From: an uncultured Actinomycetes bacterium
Lineage (GTDB): Bacteria; Actinomycetota; Actinomycetes; Mycobacteriales; Jatrophihabitantaceae
DNA length: 64,000 nt
Direction: 5' to 3'
Assembly (NCBI GenBank): GCA_963708805.1
Contig: CAVPUA010000003.1
Span: forward strand, 750,455-814,454
Part shown: positions 19,950 through 30,769 of the stretch, in pieces
Layout of the letters: each line of letters begins with the position of its first letter
Numbering within the stretch: the first letter of the stretch is position 1
Made by a program: the position numbers and the translations under genes
The notes under the pieces: model-generated
Database searches by the model: none
The model's input: only the letters and a program-made list of their open reading frames with translations
What the model was told of the DNA's origin: nothing

Positions 19950-21005
19950 CTACGGTCGAATGCTGACCGCCGCGGTCATCGCGGCCAGCCGTTCGCGCGG
20001 GCCGCACAGGATCACGTGTTCGGTGTTGCGGGTGTGGCTGACCGCCCCGACCTTCTCACCGGACGGATTGAAGATCCCGATCAGCGCGCCGACGTAGCGC
20101 TTCGAGTCGAACGACAACACCTCGACCGTCTCGCCCCGGGCCAGGCACATCTCGACGAGGGCGTCGAGTCCGACGAACCCCTCGTTCGAGAAGCTGACCA
20201 CCAGCACGTCGGCGTCCACGGTCTTGATCACCCGCGCCAGGGCGTCGGGCATCTCGCGGGTGGCGTTGAAGACGCTCTTGGTCTCGGCCTCGCGGCTGTC
20301 GGCCCGCTTGCAGGCGATGCCGTAGTACTCGGGCTCGTCCCAGCGGATCAGCGTCTCCCACACGTGGTAGTTCGTGAAGTACCGGTGCTGGTTGTACGGC
20401 GGGTCGAGATAGGCCAACCCGACGTGCGGCAACCGGTCGACGAGCGCGAGGGCATCCCCGCGGATGGCCGTGCCCGCCCCCGGCGTCAACACGGGGGACT
20501 TGAGGCGCAGTTCGCGGTTCGCCCGCGGCGCCCATTGCTTGAGGTAGGCCATCTGCAGCCCGACCGTCGAGTCGACGGCGTCGGCGGCCTCCATCAGCGA
20601 GGTCAGCAGCACCGGGCGCAGCCAGCTGTCGCCGTACAGCTCGTCGATGCCGTTGCGGATCGCGTCGACCCGCATGCCGTTCTTGGGCTGGAAGTAGCGG
20701 GCCTGCTCGCAGAACGTCCGGGTGAAGTAGCCCCGGACAGGTGGCAGCGCCTCGAGCCGCGCAAGGGCATCGTCGATCTCGCCGACATCGACAGTGTCGG
20801 CGTCCAGTTCGACGTAGCACTGGGCCAGCACCTCGCTGTACGTGGCGAGGTCGGTCGCGGTGACCTCGCCACCCTGCCGGCAGAACTCCTGCGCCACCCG
20901 CGTCGTGCCGGTGAACAGGTCGAGTGCGGTGGTGGCCCCGCTGGCCCGGAACAGCGCGCCGAGGGTGGGCACGAGCACGCGCTTGCTGCCGAGGTACTTG
21001 ATCAC
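19950..21005 (-). CDS. D12-class (Dam-like) N6-adenine DNA methyltransferase, solitary
   Basis: Intact 351 aa with N-terminal IKYLGSKR, SAM-binding DLFTGTTRV and catalytic LDPPY. No endonuclease-like ORF is adjacent. Confidence 0.8.
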   Translation of the reverse strand: MIKYLGSKRVLVPTLGALFRASGATTALDLFTGTTRVAQEFCRQGGEVTATDLATYSEVLAQCYVELDADTVDVGEIDDALARLEALPPVRGYFTRTFCEQARYFQPKNGMRVDAIRNGIDELYGDSWLRPVLLTSLMEAADAVDSTVGLQMAYLKQWAPRANRELRLKSPVLTPGAGTAIRGDALALVDRLPHVGLAYLDPPYNQHRYFTNYHVWETLIRWDEPEYYGIACKRADSREAETKSVFNATREMPDALARVIKTVDADVLVVSFSNEGFVGLDALVEMCLARGETVEVLSFDSKRYVGALIGIFNPSGEKVGAVSHTRNTEHVILCGPRERLAAMTAAVSIRP

Positions 21006-21051
21006 CGCCGACCACCCATCGCCCCATCATCGACCGCTCCGCTGCCCGGGG

Positions 21052-21080
21052 TTGACAGCACGCGCCCGAGCCGTCATATT
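21052..21080 (+). promoter_or_regulatory. candidate sigma70-type promoter of the arsR operon
   Basis: TTGACA (21052-21057), a 17-nt spacer, then CATATT (21075-21080), located 37 nt upstream of the arsR ATG. Confidence 0.45.
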
Positions 21081-21113
21081 TAACCCATCAGCTAAATAAC
21101 CAAGAGGTTAAAT
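21078..21113. promoter_or_regulatory. inverted repeat, candidate ArsR operator
   Basis: ATTTAACC (21078-21085) and GGTTAAAT (21106-21113) are perfect 8-bp inverted arms overlapping the -10 element and the RBS region in an AT-rich patch. Confidence 0.35.
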
Positions 21114-21116
21114 GCG

Positions 21117-21458
21117 ATGGCAGAAGATCGGCTCAGCGTCATCTTCGCGGCGTTGGCGGACCCCACCCGCCGGGCGATCCTGGCCCGGCTCTCCGAGGGC
21201 GACGCCACCGTCACCGAACTGGCCGAGCCGTTCTCGATCAGCCTGCCGGCGATCTCGCGGCACCTGAAGGTGCTCGAGCACGCGGGGCTGATCTCGCGCA
21301 GCCGCTCGGCCCAGTGGCGTTCGAGCCGGCTCGAGGCGGGGCCGTTGCGCGAGGCCGTCGGCTGGATGGAGCACTACCGGCAGTTCTGGGACACCAATCT
21401 CGACCGGCTCGACGCACATCTGCGCCGGCTCACCAACTCCGAAGGGACGACGAAATGA
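21117..21458 (+). CDS. ArsR/SmtB-family transcriptional regulator
   Basis: Intact 113 aa. FAALADPTRRAILARL...VTELAEPFSISLPAISRHLKVLEHAGLI is the canonical ArsR wHTH. Confidence 0.85.
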   Translation: MAEDRLSVIFAALADPTRRAILARLSEGDATVTELAEPFSISLPAISRHLKVLEHAGLISRSRSAQWRSSRLEAGPLREAVGWMEHYRQFWDTNLDRLDAHLRRLTNSEGTTK

Positions 21459-21906
21459 GCGATCAGGAACTGGTCATGACCCGCGTCTTCGACGCGCCGC
21501 GCGAACTCGTCTATCGCGCGTTCACCGACGAGGACCAGCTGGCCCAGTGGTTCGGTCCGGTCGGGTGGTCGGTGCCGCGCGACTCCGTGTCGGTCGACGC
21601 TCGCGTCGGGGGGCCTACAACTTCACGATGGTCAACGACTCTGATCCGTCGCAGGCCTCACCGGTCACCTCCACGTTCACCGAGGTGATCGAGAACGAGT
21701 TGCTGGTCGGGCGGGAGAACGTCGAAGGTATCCCCGGCTTCGAGGGCGTCGTCGAGATGTATCTGCGGCTGGAGTTTCACGACGAGGACGACGGCAAGAC
21801 CCGCCTCGAACTGCGTCAGGGCCCGTACTCGGCCGAGATGGAAGGCAACGCCCGTGAGGGTTGGGGCAGCTCGTTCACCAAGCTCGACGCGCTGCTGGCG
21901 GGCTGA
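21455..21906 (+). pseudogene. SRPBCC / AHSA1-domain protein, one frame break near 21610
   Basis: The ATG overlaps the arsR stop (ATGA). MTRVFDAPRELVYRAFTDEDQLAQWFGP is in one frame, and the rest (ORF 21547..21906) is in another. Confidence 0.7.
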
Positions 21907-21947
21907 GCGATGGCCAGGCGCGCCTGCCGTCCGCCTAAGGTGAGCGC

Positions 21948-22358
21948 ATGTTCAACGCCGCCGCGCGCGCTCTGCTCGAGTCGAGTGCCCTCGCCCAGCT
22001 GATCACGATCAACGCCGATGGCAGCCCGCAGGTCAGCGGTGTCTGGATCGGACTCGACGGTGACGAGCTGCTCGTCGGGTCACTGCCCAAGCGGGTCAAG
22101 GTCACCAATGTCGAGCGTGATCCGCGGGTGGTGGTCGTCGTCCAGTCGCCGACCAAGAGTGCCCGCAACCTGGACGAGTACCTGGTGGTTCACGGGCAGG
22201 CCCGCATCACCGAGGGGGGCGCCCCCGAACTCCTGCAAGAGCTGGCCCACGTCTACCTCGGTCCGGACGCCGTGTTCCCGGGCCCGGACGCGCCGCCCGG
22301 CTACATCTTCCGCATCACGCCCGAGAAGGTCCTCGGCGAAGGCGCCTGGACGAGCTAG
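21948..22358 (+). CDS. PPOX-class probable F420-dependent enzyme
   Basis: Intact 136 aa. LITINADGSPQVSGVWIG and VERDPRVVVVV are typical of the family. Confidence 0.7.
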   Translation: MFNAAARALLESSALAQLITINADGSPQVSGVWIGLDGDELLVGSLPKRVKVTNVERDPRVVVVVQSPTKSARNLDEYLVVHGQARITEGGAPELLQELAHVYLGPDAVFPGPDAPPGYIFRITPEKVLGEGAWTS

Positions 22359-22365
22359 GCCGGGG

Positions 22366-23184
22366 CTAGTCGGTCTTGCGGCGCACACCGAGCAGGATGT
22401 CGTCCCACGCCGGGATCTGCTGACGACCCGAGCGCTTCGCCGGCTCGGCCAGCCGCAACGGCAGCGGGGGCGCGTCGGTGAGCGAGTCGGCCTCCTGGTC
22501 GAAGACCTCCTCGACGACCGGATCGGGCAGCGGACCGGTGTCGCCCTCGCTCGTCGGCTCGATGGCCGGCACGGCGTGCACCACCGGCCGGATGGGACGG
22601 TCGGAGAGCAGGTCGCCCGCGGTCTCGTCCAGCGGGGTGACGAGGCGGTGGGTCAGCGAGACGGCCCAGCGGGCGATGCGTTCGGAGTCGCCGCCGAGCC
22701 AGCCGGCCGAGACGACCCACACCGAGTCCTCGCGGCGGTAGGAGTCCCACGTCACGGACTCCGGGTCGATGCCGTGGGCAAGGAACCGGCTGTCGACGGA
22801 CTCACCGAACGGGACGAGCTGACCTTCGGCGGTGCTGCGCCGGGCGCGGGCGCGCCGGGCCTCGACGGTGATGCGAGCGCGCTCGTCGATCACCGGACGG
22901 GCGAAGCGCATGACCTTGTCCAGCGCCATGCCGGAGCTCTCGGCGATCGACTCGGCGCTCTCGCCTCGCCGCGCACGAACCTGGATCTCGCGCGGCGGCA
23001 GCGAGGGCACCGACACGACCGGAACGGGCGGGACGGTGTCGGGGGTGGGATCGTCCGAGTCGCTGCCGTCCACCGCCCTCAACTCCTCCCCGATCTCCAG
23101 GCTGAACTGCTCGTCACCGTCGACGGTCTCGACTACGACGTGATCTGCATCGGCTCCCGGGCCGACGAAGCGCAGTTCTCGCAT
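22366..23184 (-). CDS. sepH: septation protein SepH (DUF3071, Rv0883c-like)
   Basis: I chose the start at MRELRFVG (ATG 23184). LPPREIQVRARRGESAESIAESSGMALDKVMRFARPV is the DUF3071 HTH region, and the C-terminus ends with the basic IPAWDDILLGVRR. Confidence 0.75.
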   Translation of the reverse strand: MRELRFVGPGADADHVVVETVDGDEQFSLEIGEELRAVDGSDSDDPTPDTVPPVPVVSVPSLPPREIQVRARRGESAESIAESSGMALDKVMRFARPVIDERARITVEARRARARRSTAEGQLVPFGESVDSRFLAHGIDPESVTWDSYRREDSVWVVSAGWLGGDSERIARWAVSLTHRLVTPLDETAGDLLSDRPIRPVVHAVPAIEPTSEGDTGPLPDPVVEEVFDQEADSLTDAPPLPLRLAEPAKRSGRQQIPAWDDILLGVRRKTD

Positions 23185-23252
23185 GTGCGAACGATAGGAG
23201 CCAGAACGTCTGATTCCGTGGAGCACACGCCGTCCGCGGCCGGGAGGAGCAG

Positions 23253-24364
<1,112 letters not shown>

Positions 24365-24396
24365 CCGCGGATTGTTTCACCCGCGGGCGAGGGAGT

Positions 24397-24678
24397 TCAG
24401 GCAGCGCTGCGCTTGCGGCCCTTCGGCGCGGTCGGGGCCGCTGGCTCGTCCGCGACGGCCACCATCGGCTTGGCCGCGCGGATGTCGTCCAGGCCGAGGC
24501 CGAGCATGTCGAGCAGGGTGCGCGCGTCCGAGGTGTCGCGCGCGGCGCCCGCGATCACCAGGACCGCGGCCCGGCGCTGGTCGGCATGCTGCTCCGCCTC
24601 GAGCTGCGCGCGGGCGGTCTCGTGCTCCGAGACCGAGGGCTCGGACCAGGGGCTGGAAAGTGTGGTGGCTGCTGTCAT
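24397..24678 (-). CDS. hypothetical small protein
   Basis: Intact 93-aa ORF with high GC3. No motif recognised. Confidence 0.4.
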   Translation of the reverse strand: MTAATTLSSPWSEPSVSEHETARAQLEAEQHADQRRAAVLVIAGAARDTSDARTLLDMLGLGLDDIRAAKPMVAVADEPAAPTAPKGRKRSAA

Positions 24679-24806
24679 GTCGCACCGTCTACCCAGTGGT
24701 TTCGGCGTTCAAACACGACACAGCGAAAACTTTCTTGATCCCAAGTTTTGCCTCGATGCGACGCCGTGGTCACGGGGCCGAAATGTGGTGGCGTCAGGGT
24801 GGCGTT

Positions 24807-25473
24807 ATGAAGTCATCTTCCGCGGCGTTCGCCGCCTGCCTGCCCTCGGTTCGGCCTCTGCCGGCGATCGTGTCGTCCGTTACCCGTGCGCCGAGCGAGG
24901 GCGGCTCGCGCCATCGCGCCCTGGCCGGTGCCGCCCAGCAGTCGTGGCGGCTGCGCGCCGGCGGCCGGTCGCTGCTCGTCCGCCAGGCGACGTCGCGCGA
25001 CCTCGAAGGGGTGGCCGGCCTGCACCGGCGGTCGTCGGCGGGCAGCCTGCTCGAGCGTTACCGCCTCGGCGGACGCGCGCCCTCGGTGATCGCGGTCGCA
25101 CAGTTGCTGCGCAGCCCGCTGGCGTTCGTCGCGGTCGAGCGTTCGCGGCGCCGTGATCGCGTTGGCGGTCGCGCAGGGCGACGCGCACCACGGGCCGAAC
25201 TCCGCCCAGGTCGGTGTGCTGGTCGAGGACGCCCACCAGGGACTCGGCATCGGCCGCGAGATGCTGGCGCAGGTGTCGGGTGCCGCGCTGGTGGCCGGCT
25301 ACGACGAACTGATCGCCTATCCGGGCGAGTCGGTGATCCCGGCGGCGGCGTTCATGGCCAAGACCGGCTCGACGCGCATCGTGTCCGACCCCGAGGTCGC
25401 CCACCTGCACACGCTCATCCCCGCGGTCGCCGCCCTGGGTATCGGCGCGGTTCGCGAGCGGCTGGCCGGCTGA
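24807..25473 (+). pseudogene. GNAT-family N-acetyltransferase, one frame break near 25145; start uncertain
   Basis: LLVRQATSRDLEGVAGLH is in the frame of ORF 23730..25484. VLVEDAHQGLGIGREML (the acetyl-CoA Q/RxxGxG motif) is in ORF 25153..25473. Confidence 0.55.
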
Positions 25474-25485
25474 TCACCGCGTAGG

Positions 25486-26302
25486 TCAGCTCGGCCGGAC
25501 GGCGTCCCAGTCGACGGTGAGTTCGCCGAGCCGCCATCGGGAGCGGCCACCGCGCACCGGCCAATCGGTTCGAAGGCGCTCGCACGTCGCGATCCAGCGT
25601 TGCCGCGGGCCGAACGGGCTCAGCGGGGCCGCGGCGTCCCAGGCGGCGTCGAGGTCGCGCAGCAGCCGGTTGACGGGCTGGCCGGCGACGTTGTGGTGGA
25701 TCAGCGCCTTCGGCAGTCGTTCGGCCAGCGCGCTCGGACGGGGCAGGTCGGTCAGCCGCGCGGCCAGGGTGACCGTGCGCGGGCCGGTCTCGTCCAACAG
25801 CACCCAGGCCGCCCGCCGGCCGATCTCGTCGCAGGTCCCCTCGACGAGCAGTCCGCCCGGCGCGAGGTGGCTGCACATCGTCACCCAGGCGTCGGCCGCG
25901 GCCGCCTCGTCGTACTGCCGCAGCACGTTGGCGGCCCGGACCAGGGCGGGCCGGTGCCCGGCGAACTCGAAGCCGCCATGGGCGAAGTTCAGCCTCGGCG
26001 GATCGGCACGGGGGCGGGCAGCCGCCACCCGGTCCGGATCGATCTCCAGGCCGAGCACCCGGACGTCCGGGCGAACCCGGCTCAACCGCTGCAGGAGCTC
26101 GACCGTCGTCACGGCCGACGCGCCGAAGCCGAGGTCGACGACCAGCGCGGCTGGCGGGCAGCGTCGGGCCGAGGGTGGCCGCGATCCAGCGATCCATGCG
26201 CCGCAGCCGGTTGGGGTTGGTCGTGCCGCGCGTCGCCACGCCGAGCGCGCGCGCCCGGCCGGCGGCCAGCCGCGGCGGGCGCGAACGCGACGGCTCGGGC
26301 AC
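25486..26302 (-). pseudogene. class I SAM-dependent methyltransferase, one frame break near 26170; start uncertain
   Basis: VVDLGFGASAVTT (motif I) and later motifs are in ORF 25486..27303. The N-terminal TRGTTNPNRLRRMDRWI is in ORF 25415..26557. Confidence 0.6.
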
Positions 26303-26326
26303 CGTCGAACGGTAGCCTCGCCCGTC

Positions 26327-27366
26327 ATGGACCTGCGGCTCTCCGACGTCACGACGCTGCGGCTGGGTGGCCCCGCCGCGCGCGTCGTCGAGGCCGCGTC
26401 CACCGACGAACTCGTCGATGCCGTCCGCACCGCCGATTCGCGCGCTGAACCGGCACTGATCGTCAGCGGCGGCAGCAACCTGCTGGTGGCCGACGACGGG
26501 TGGCCGGGCGTCGTCATCCTCGTCCGCACGCGAGGGGTCGAGGTGGCCGGAAGGCACGGGTGACGGCGGCGGCGGGCGAACCGTGGGACGAGCTGGTGGC
26601 GACCACCGTCGAGCGGGGCTGGTCCGGGCTGGCCGCGATGAGCGGCATCCCGGGGCTGACCGGTGCCACGCCGATCCAGAACGTCGGCGCCTACGGCAGC
26701 GAGGTCTCGGACTCGATCACCTCGCTCACCGTCCTCGACCGCGCGAGCGGGTCGGTCGAGACGTGGGATCCGGCCCGCTTCGGCTTCGGCTTCCGGACCA
26801 GCGCCTTCAAGCACACCGACCGGTTCGTGGTGCTGGACGTCAGCTTCGCGCTCGATCACTCCGAGCTCTCGGTGCCCGTCCGCTATCTCGAACTCGCGCG
26901 GCGGCTGGGCATCGGGCCGGGCGAACGAGCCCCGTCGGCCCGGGTGCGCGAGGTCGTCCTGGAGCTGCGGCGAAGCAAGGGCATGCTGCTCGACGCGTCC
27001 GATCACGACACCTGGAGCGTCGGGTCGTTCTTCGTCAACCCGTTCGTCGAGCCGGACCTCGTGCCTGCCGACAGCCCGCACTGGGAGGTCGACGGCCAGA
27101 TGAAGCTCTCGGCCGCCTGGCTCATCGAGCAGGCCGGCTTCACCCGGGGCTACGGCAACGACCGCGTGCGGGTGTCGACCAAGCACACCCTGGCGCTGAC
27201 GAACCGCGGGACGGCGACGACGGCCGATCTGCTGGAGCTGGCCGCCGAGATCCGCGCCGGGGTCGAGGCCCGCTTCGGCATCCGGCTGCGCCCCGAGGCG
27301 CACCTCGCCGGCGTCGACCTTCTGATGACGCTGATTTCGTTGCGCAACGCCGCAGATTCTTCGTAA
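26327..27366 (+). pseudogene. murB: UDP-N-acetylenolpyruvoylglucosamine reductase MurB, one frame break near 26555
   Basis: MDLRLSDVTTLRLGGPA...IVSGGSNLLVAD is in ORF 25517..26563. GIPGLTGATPIQNVGAYG...SVGSFFVNP...KLSAAWLIEQAGF is in ORF 26500..27366. Confidence 0.85.
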
Positions 27367-27441
27367 TCCGTTGTAGATGGACTAGTTTGCTGCGTGTAGC
27401 GTCTTCCTCAGATCAGCTGGTGACCAGACTTCGGCAGGAGC

Positions 27442-28882
27442 GTGCTCACGGTGCGGACGGTTCAGAACTTCATCAACGGCGAACTGGTCGACTCGGCCAG
27501 CGGCAGGCGCGCCGACCTCATCGACCCGTCCACGGGCGAGATCTTCGGATCGGCGCCGGTATCGGACGAGCACGACGTCGACCGTCGCCTACCGGGCCGC
27601 GTCCACTGCGTTCGAGGACTGGCGCGACACCACGCCCAGCGACCGTCAGCGGGCGCTGCTGAAGTTCGCCGACGCGCTCGAGGCCCGCAGCGAGGAGATC
27701 GTGGCGGCCGAGTGCGAGAACACCGGCAAGCCGATCGCGATGACGACGACGCGAGGAGATGCCGCCCGCGCTCGACCAGATCCGCTTCTTCGCCGGGCGC
27801 CGCTCGGCTGCTCGAAGGCCGCAGCGCCGGCGAGTACATGGCCGGCCACACGTCCTACGTCCGCCGCGAGCCGGTCGGTGTCGTCGGGCAGGTCGCGCCC
27901 TGGAACTACCCGATGATGATGGCGGTCTGGAAGTTCGCCCCGGCGCTCGCGGCCGGCAACTGCGTCGTGCTCAAGCCGTCGGACACCACGCCGGTGTCGA
28001 GCTCGCTGATGGCCGAGATCGCCGGCGAGTTCTTCCCGCCCGGCGTCTTCAACGTCGTCTGCGGCGACCGCGACACCGGCCGGGCCGTGGTCTCGCACCC
28101 GACGCCGGCGATGGTGTCGATCACCGGCTCGACGCGGGCCGGCTACGAGGTGGCGGCGGCCGCGGCCAAGGACCTCAAGCGCACCCACCTCGAACTGGGC
28201 GGCAAGGCGCCGGTGATCGTCTTCGACGACGCCGACATCGAGAACGCGGCCGAGAACATCGCCGTCGCCGGCTACTTCAACGCCGGGCAGGACTGCACCG
28301 CCGCCACCCGCGTGCTGGTCGCGCCGCGCATCGCGGCCGACTTCGCCGACGCGCTGGCCGACCAGGCCCGCAACACCAAGATCGGCGCCCCGGACGAGGA
28401 CGACATCCTCTACGGGCCGCTGAACAACGCCAGCCAGCTCGAGCGGGTCGGCGGCATGATCAGCCGACTGCCCGATCACGCCCGGGTGCTGGCCGGCGGC
28501 GCCCGCAAGGGCGACGCGCGGCTACTTCTGGGAGCCGACGGTCGTCTCGGACCTGCGCCAGGACGACGAGGTGATCCAGGACGAGATCTTCGGCCCGGTG
28601 ATCACGATCCAGCAGTTCACCGACGAGGACGAGGCGGTGGCCTGGGCCAACGGCGTCGAGTACGGCCTGGCGTCCAGCGTCTGGACGAAGGACCACGGCC
28701 GGGCGATGCGGGTGTCGCGGCGCCTGGACTTCGGCTGCGTCTGGGTCAACTGCCACATCCCGATCGTGGCCGAGATGCCGCACGGCGGGTTCAAGCACTC
28801 GGGCTACGGCAAGGACCTCTCGATCTACGGGCTCGAGGACTACACCCGGATCAAGCACGTCATGCACAACATCGACTTCTGA
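27442..28882 (+). pseudogene. NAD-dependent aldehyde dehydrogenase (aminobutyraldehyde / succinate-semialdehyde type), 4 frame breaks
   Basis: VAPWNYP, ELGGKAP and the catalytic FNAGQDCTAATR are in the main frame. Segments near 27590-27800 and the C-terminus (EIFGPV...[14 protein letters not shown] 28571..28882) are in other frames. Confidence 0.8.
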
Positions 28883-28923
28883 GCGACCCGATTCGGCCAC
28901 CGCCTACGAATAGCATTCGGCCC

Positions 28924-29163
28924 ATGAGTCACACCGTTGCCGCCGAGTTGGTCGCCAGCGTCTTCCAGGTCGTCGCGGCGGTCGGCCAGCGGGTCGAGCC
29001 GACCGACACGCTGGTGATCCTGGAGTCGATGAAGATGGAGATCCCGGTGCTGGCCGAGGTGTCCGGGCTGGTCGTCGAGATCGCCGTGCAGCAGGGCGAC
29101 AACATCAGCGAAGGCGACGTCATCGCGGTCATCGAACCCGGCGTGAGAAGAGGAGCAGCATGA
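28924..29163 (+). CDS. free-standing biotin/lipoyl-attachment domain protein (TB7.3-like)
   Basis: ATG 28924 gives 79 aa with LESMKMEIPV (the biotinyl-lysine MKM motif). Its TGA overlaps the gabT ATG (ATGA). Confidence 0.7.
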   Translation: MSHTVAAELVASVFQVVAAVGQRVEPTDTLVILESMKMEIPVLAEVSGLVVEIAVQQGDNISEGDVIAVIEPGVRRGAA

Positions 29164-30500
29164 CCGTTGAGCAGAAGCGCGTCCTGGCCACCGAGATCCC
29201 CGGCCCGCGCTCGAAGGAGCTGCACGCCGCGAAAGCTAGGTGCAGTAGCCAGCGGCGTCGGCACGACGCTGCCGATCTACGTCGAGCGGGCCGGCGGCGG
29301 CATCGTCGTCGACGTCGACGGCAACCAGCTGATCGACTTCGGCTCGGGCATCGCCGTCACCGGCGGTCGGCAACGCCGCGCCGCGGGTCGTCGAGCGCGT
29401 GCGCGAGCAGGTCGCCGACTTCACCCACACCTGCTTCATGGTCACGCCCTACGAGGAGTACGTCGCGGTCGCCGAGAAGCTCAACGAGCTGACGCCCGGG
29501 ACGCACGAGAAGCGTTCGGCCCTGTTCAACTCCGGCGCCGAGGCGGTCGAGAACGCGATCAAGATCGCCCGCCACCACACCGGACGCGCAGGCCGTGGTC
29601 GCGTTCGATCACGCCTACCACGGGCGCACCAACCTGACGATGGCACTGACCGCGAAGAACATGCCCTACAAGGACGGCTTCGGGCCGTTCGCGGGCGAGA
29701 TCTACCGCGTCCGATGGCCTACCCCTACCGCTGGCCGACCGGCCCGAGAACTGCGCGGACGAGGCCTTCGCGGCGTTCACGTCGCTGGTGCATGCGCAGG
29801 TCGGCGAGACGAACACGGCTGCGGTGATCATCGAGCCGATCCAGGGCGAGGGCGGGTTCATCGTGCCGCCGCCCGGCTTCCTGCGCCCGCGTGGCCGAGT
29901 GGTGCACCGAGAACGGCATCGTGTTCATCGCCGACGAGATCCAGACCGGGTTCTGCCGGACGGGCGACTGGTTCGCCTGCGATCACGAGGGGTTCGCCCC
30001 CGACCTGATCACCACCGCCAAGGGCATCGCCGGTGGCCTGCCGTTGGCCGGGGTCACCGGCCGGGCCGAGATGATGGACGCCGTCCACGTCGGGGGGCTC
30101 GGCGGCACGTACGGCGGCAACCCGGTGGCCTGCGCCGCCGCGCTCGGCTCGATCGAGACGATGCAGGAACTGACGACCTGCCCGCGGCGGCCCGGCGGAT
30201 CGAGTCGATCATGGTGCCGCGGCTGACGGCGCTGGCCGAGAAGTACGACGCCATCGGCGACATCCGCGGGCCGGGGCGCCATGATCGCCGTCGAGCTGGT
30301 GTCCGACCGGGCGACCAAGACGCCCGACGCCGTGCTCACCGGCGCTGGTGTCGTCGGCCTGCCACCGCGAAGGACTGATCACGCTGACCGCGGGCACGTT
30401 CGGCAACGTGCTGCGGTTCCTGCCGCCGCTGGTGATCGGCGAGGACTTGCTCAACGAGGGTCTCGACATCCTGGAAGACGCCTTCGCCGCTAACGTCTAG
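29160..30500 (+). pseudogene. gabT: 4-aminobutyrate aminotransferase GabT (class III PLP), about 9 frame breaks
   Basis: Conserved blocks (LIDFGSGIAV, FNSGAEAVENAIKIAR, AFDHAYHGRT, IIEPIQGEGGF, FIADEIQTGFCRTG, TTAKGIAGGLP, GGTYGGNP, GNVLRFLPPL) are readable only by hopping among about 8 track ORFs. The total of 1341 nt equals 447 codons, so the shifts cancel out. Confidence 0.85.
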
Positions 30501-30504
30501 TACT

Positions 30505-30747
30505 ATGGTTCGTGATCTCGCGGCGGTCGGCTGCCTCGGCGTGCTGACCGTCGCCACCCGCGGCGCGGACGGCCCGGGCGAGGTGCAGGTGACCATCCGG
30601 GGCGCCACCGAGATCCTGATCGCCTAGTCCGACCACCCCCTGGCGAAGGGTGCTCGCGTACTCATCGTCGACGTACGTAGCTCGCGGACGGTTGACGTCG
30701 TACCGTCGGACACGCTGTTCTCGTCAGAACCGCGCAGTTTGGACTGA
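30505..30747 (+). pseudogene. NfeD-like OB-fold protein with in-frame TAG at 30625-30627
   Basis: ATG 30505 gives GVLTVATRGADGPGEVQVTIRGATEILIA-stop-SDHPLAKGARVLIVDVRSSRTVDVVP, which is the NfeD C-terminal pattern. It lies immediately upstream of the flotillin gene. Confidence 0.5.
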
Positions 30748-30769
30748 TTGATCTAGCGGAAGGCGCGCC

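Noticed and set aside
27442-29163. 573-aa ORF suggesting an aldehyde dehydrogenase with a C-terminal biotinyl domain.
   Set aside because: The dehydrogenase C-terminus (EIFGPV...[10 protein letters not shown]) is in another frame and stops at 28882. The biotinyl protein has its own ATG at 28924.
30625-30627. In-frame TAG in the NfeD-like gene as possible pyrrolysine or programmed readthrough.
   Set aside because: No pyl genes or PYLIS-like context are present and the lineage is not known to use pyrrolysine. A point mutation or base-call error is far more likely.
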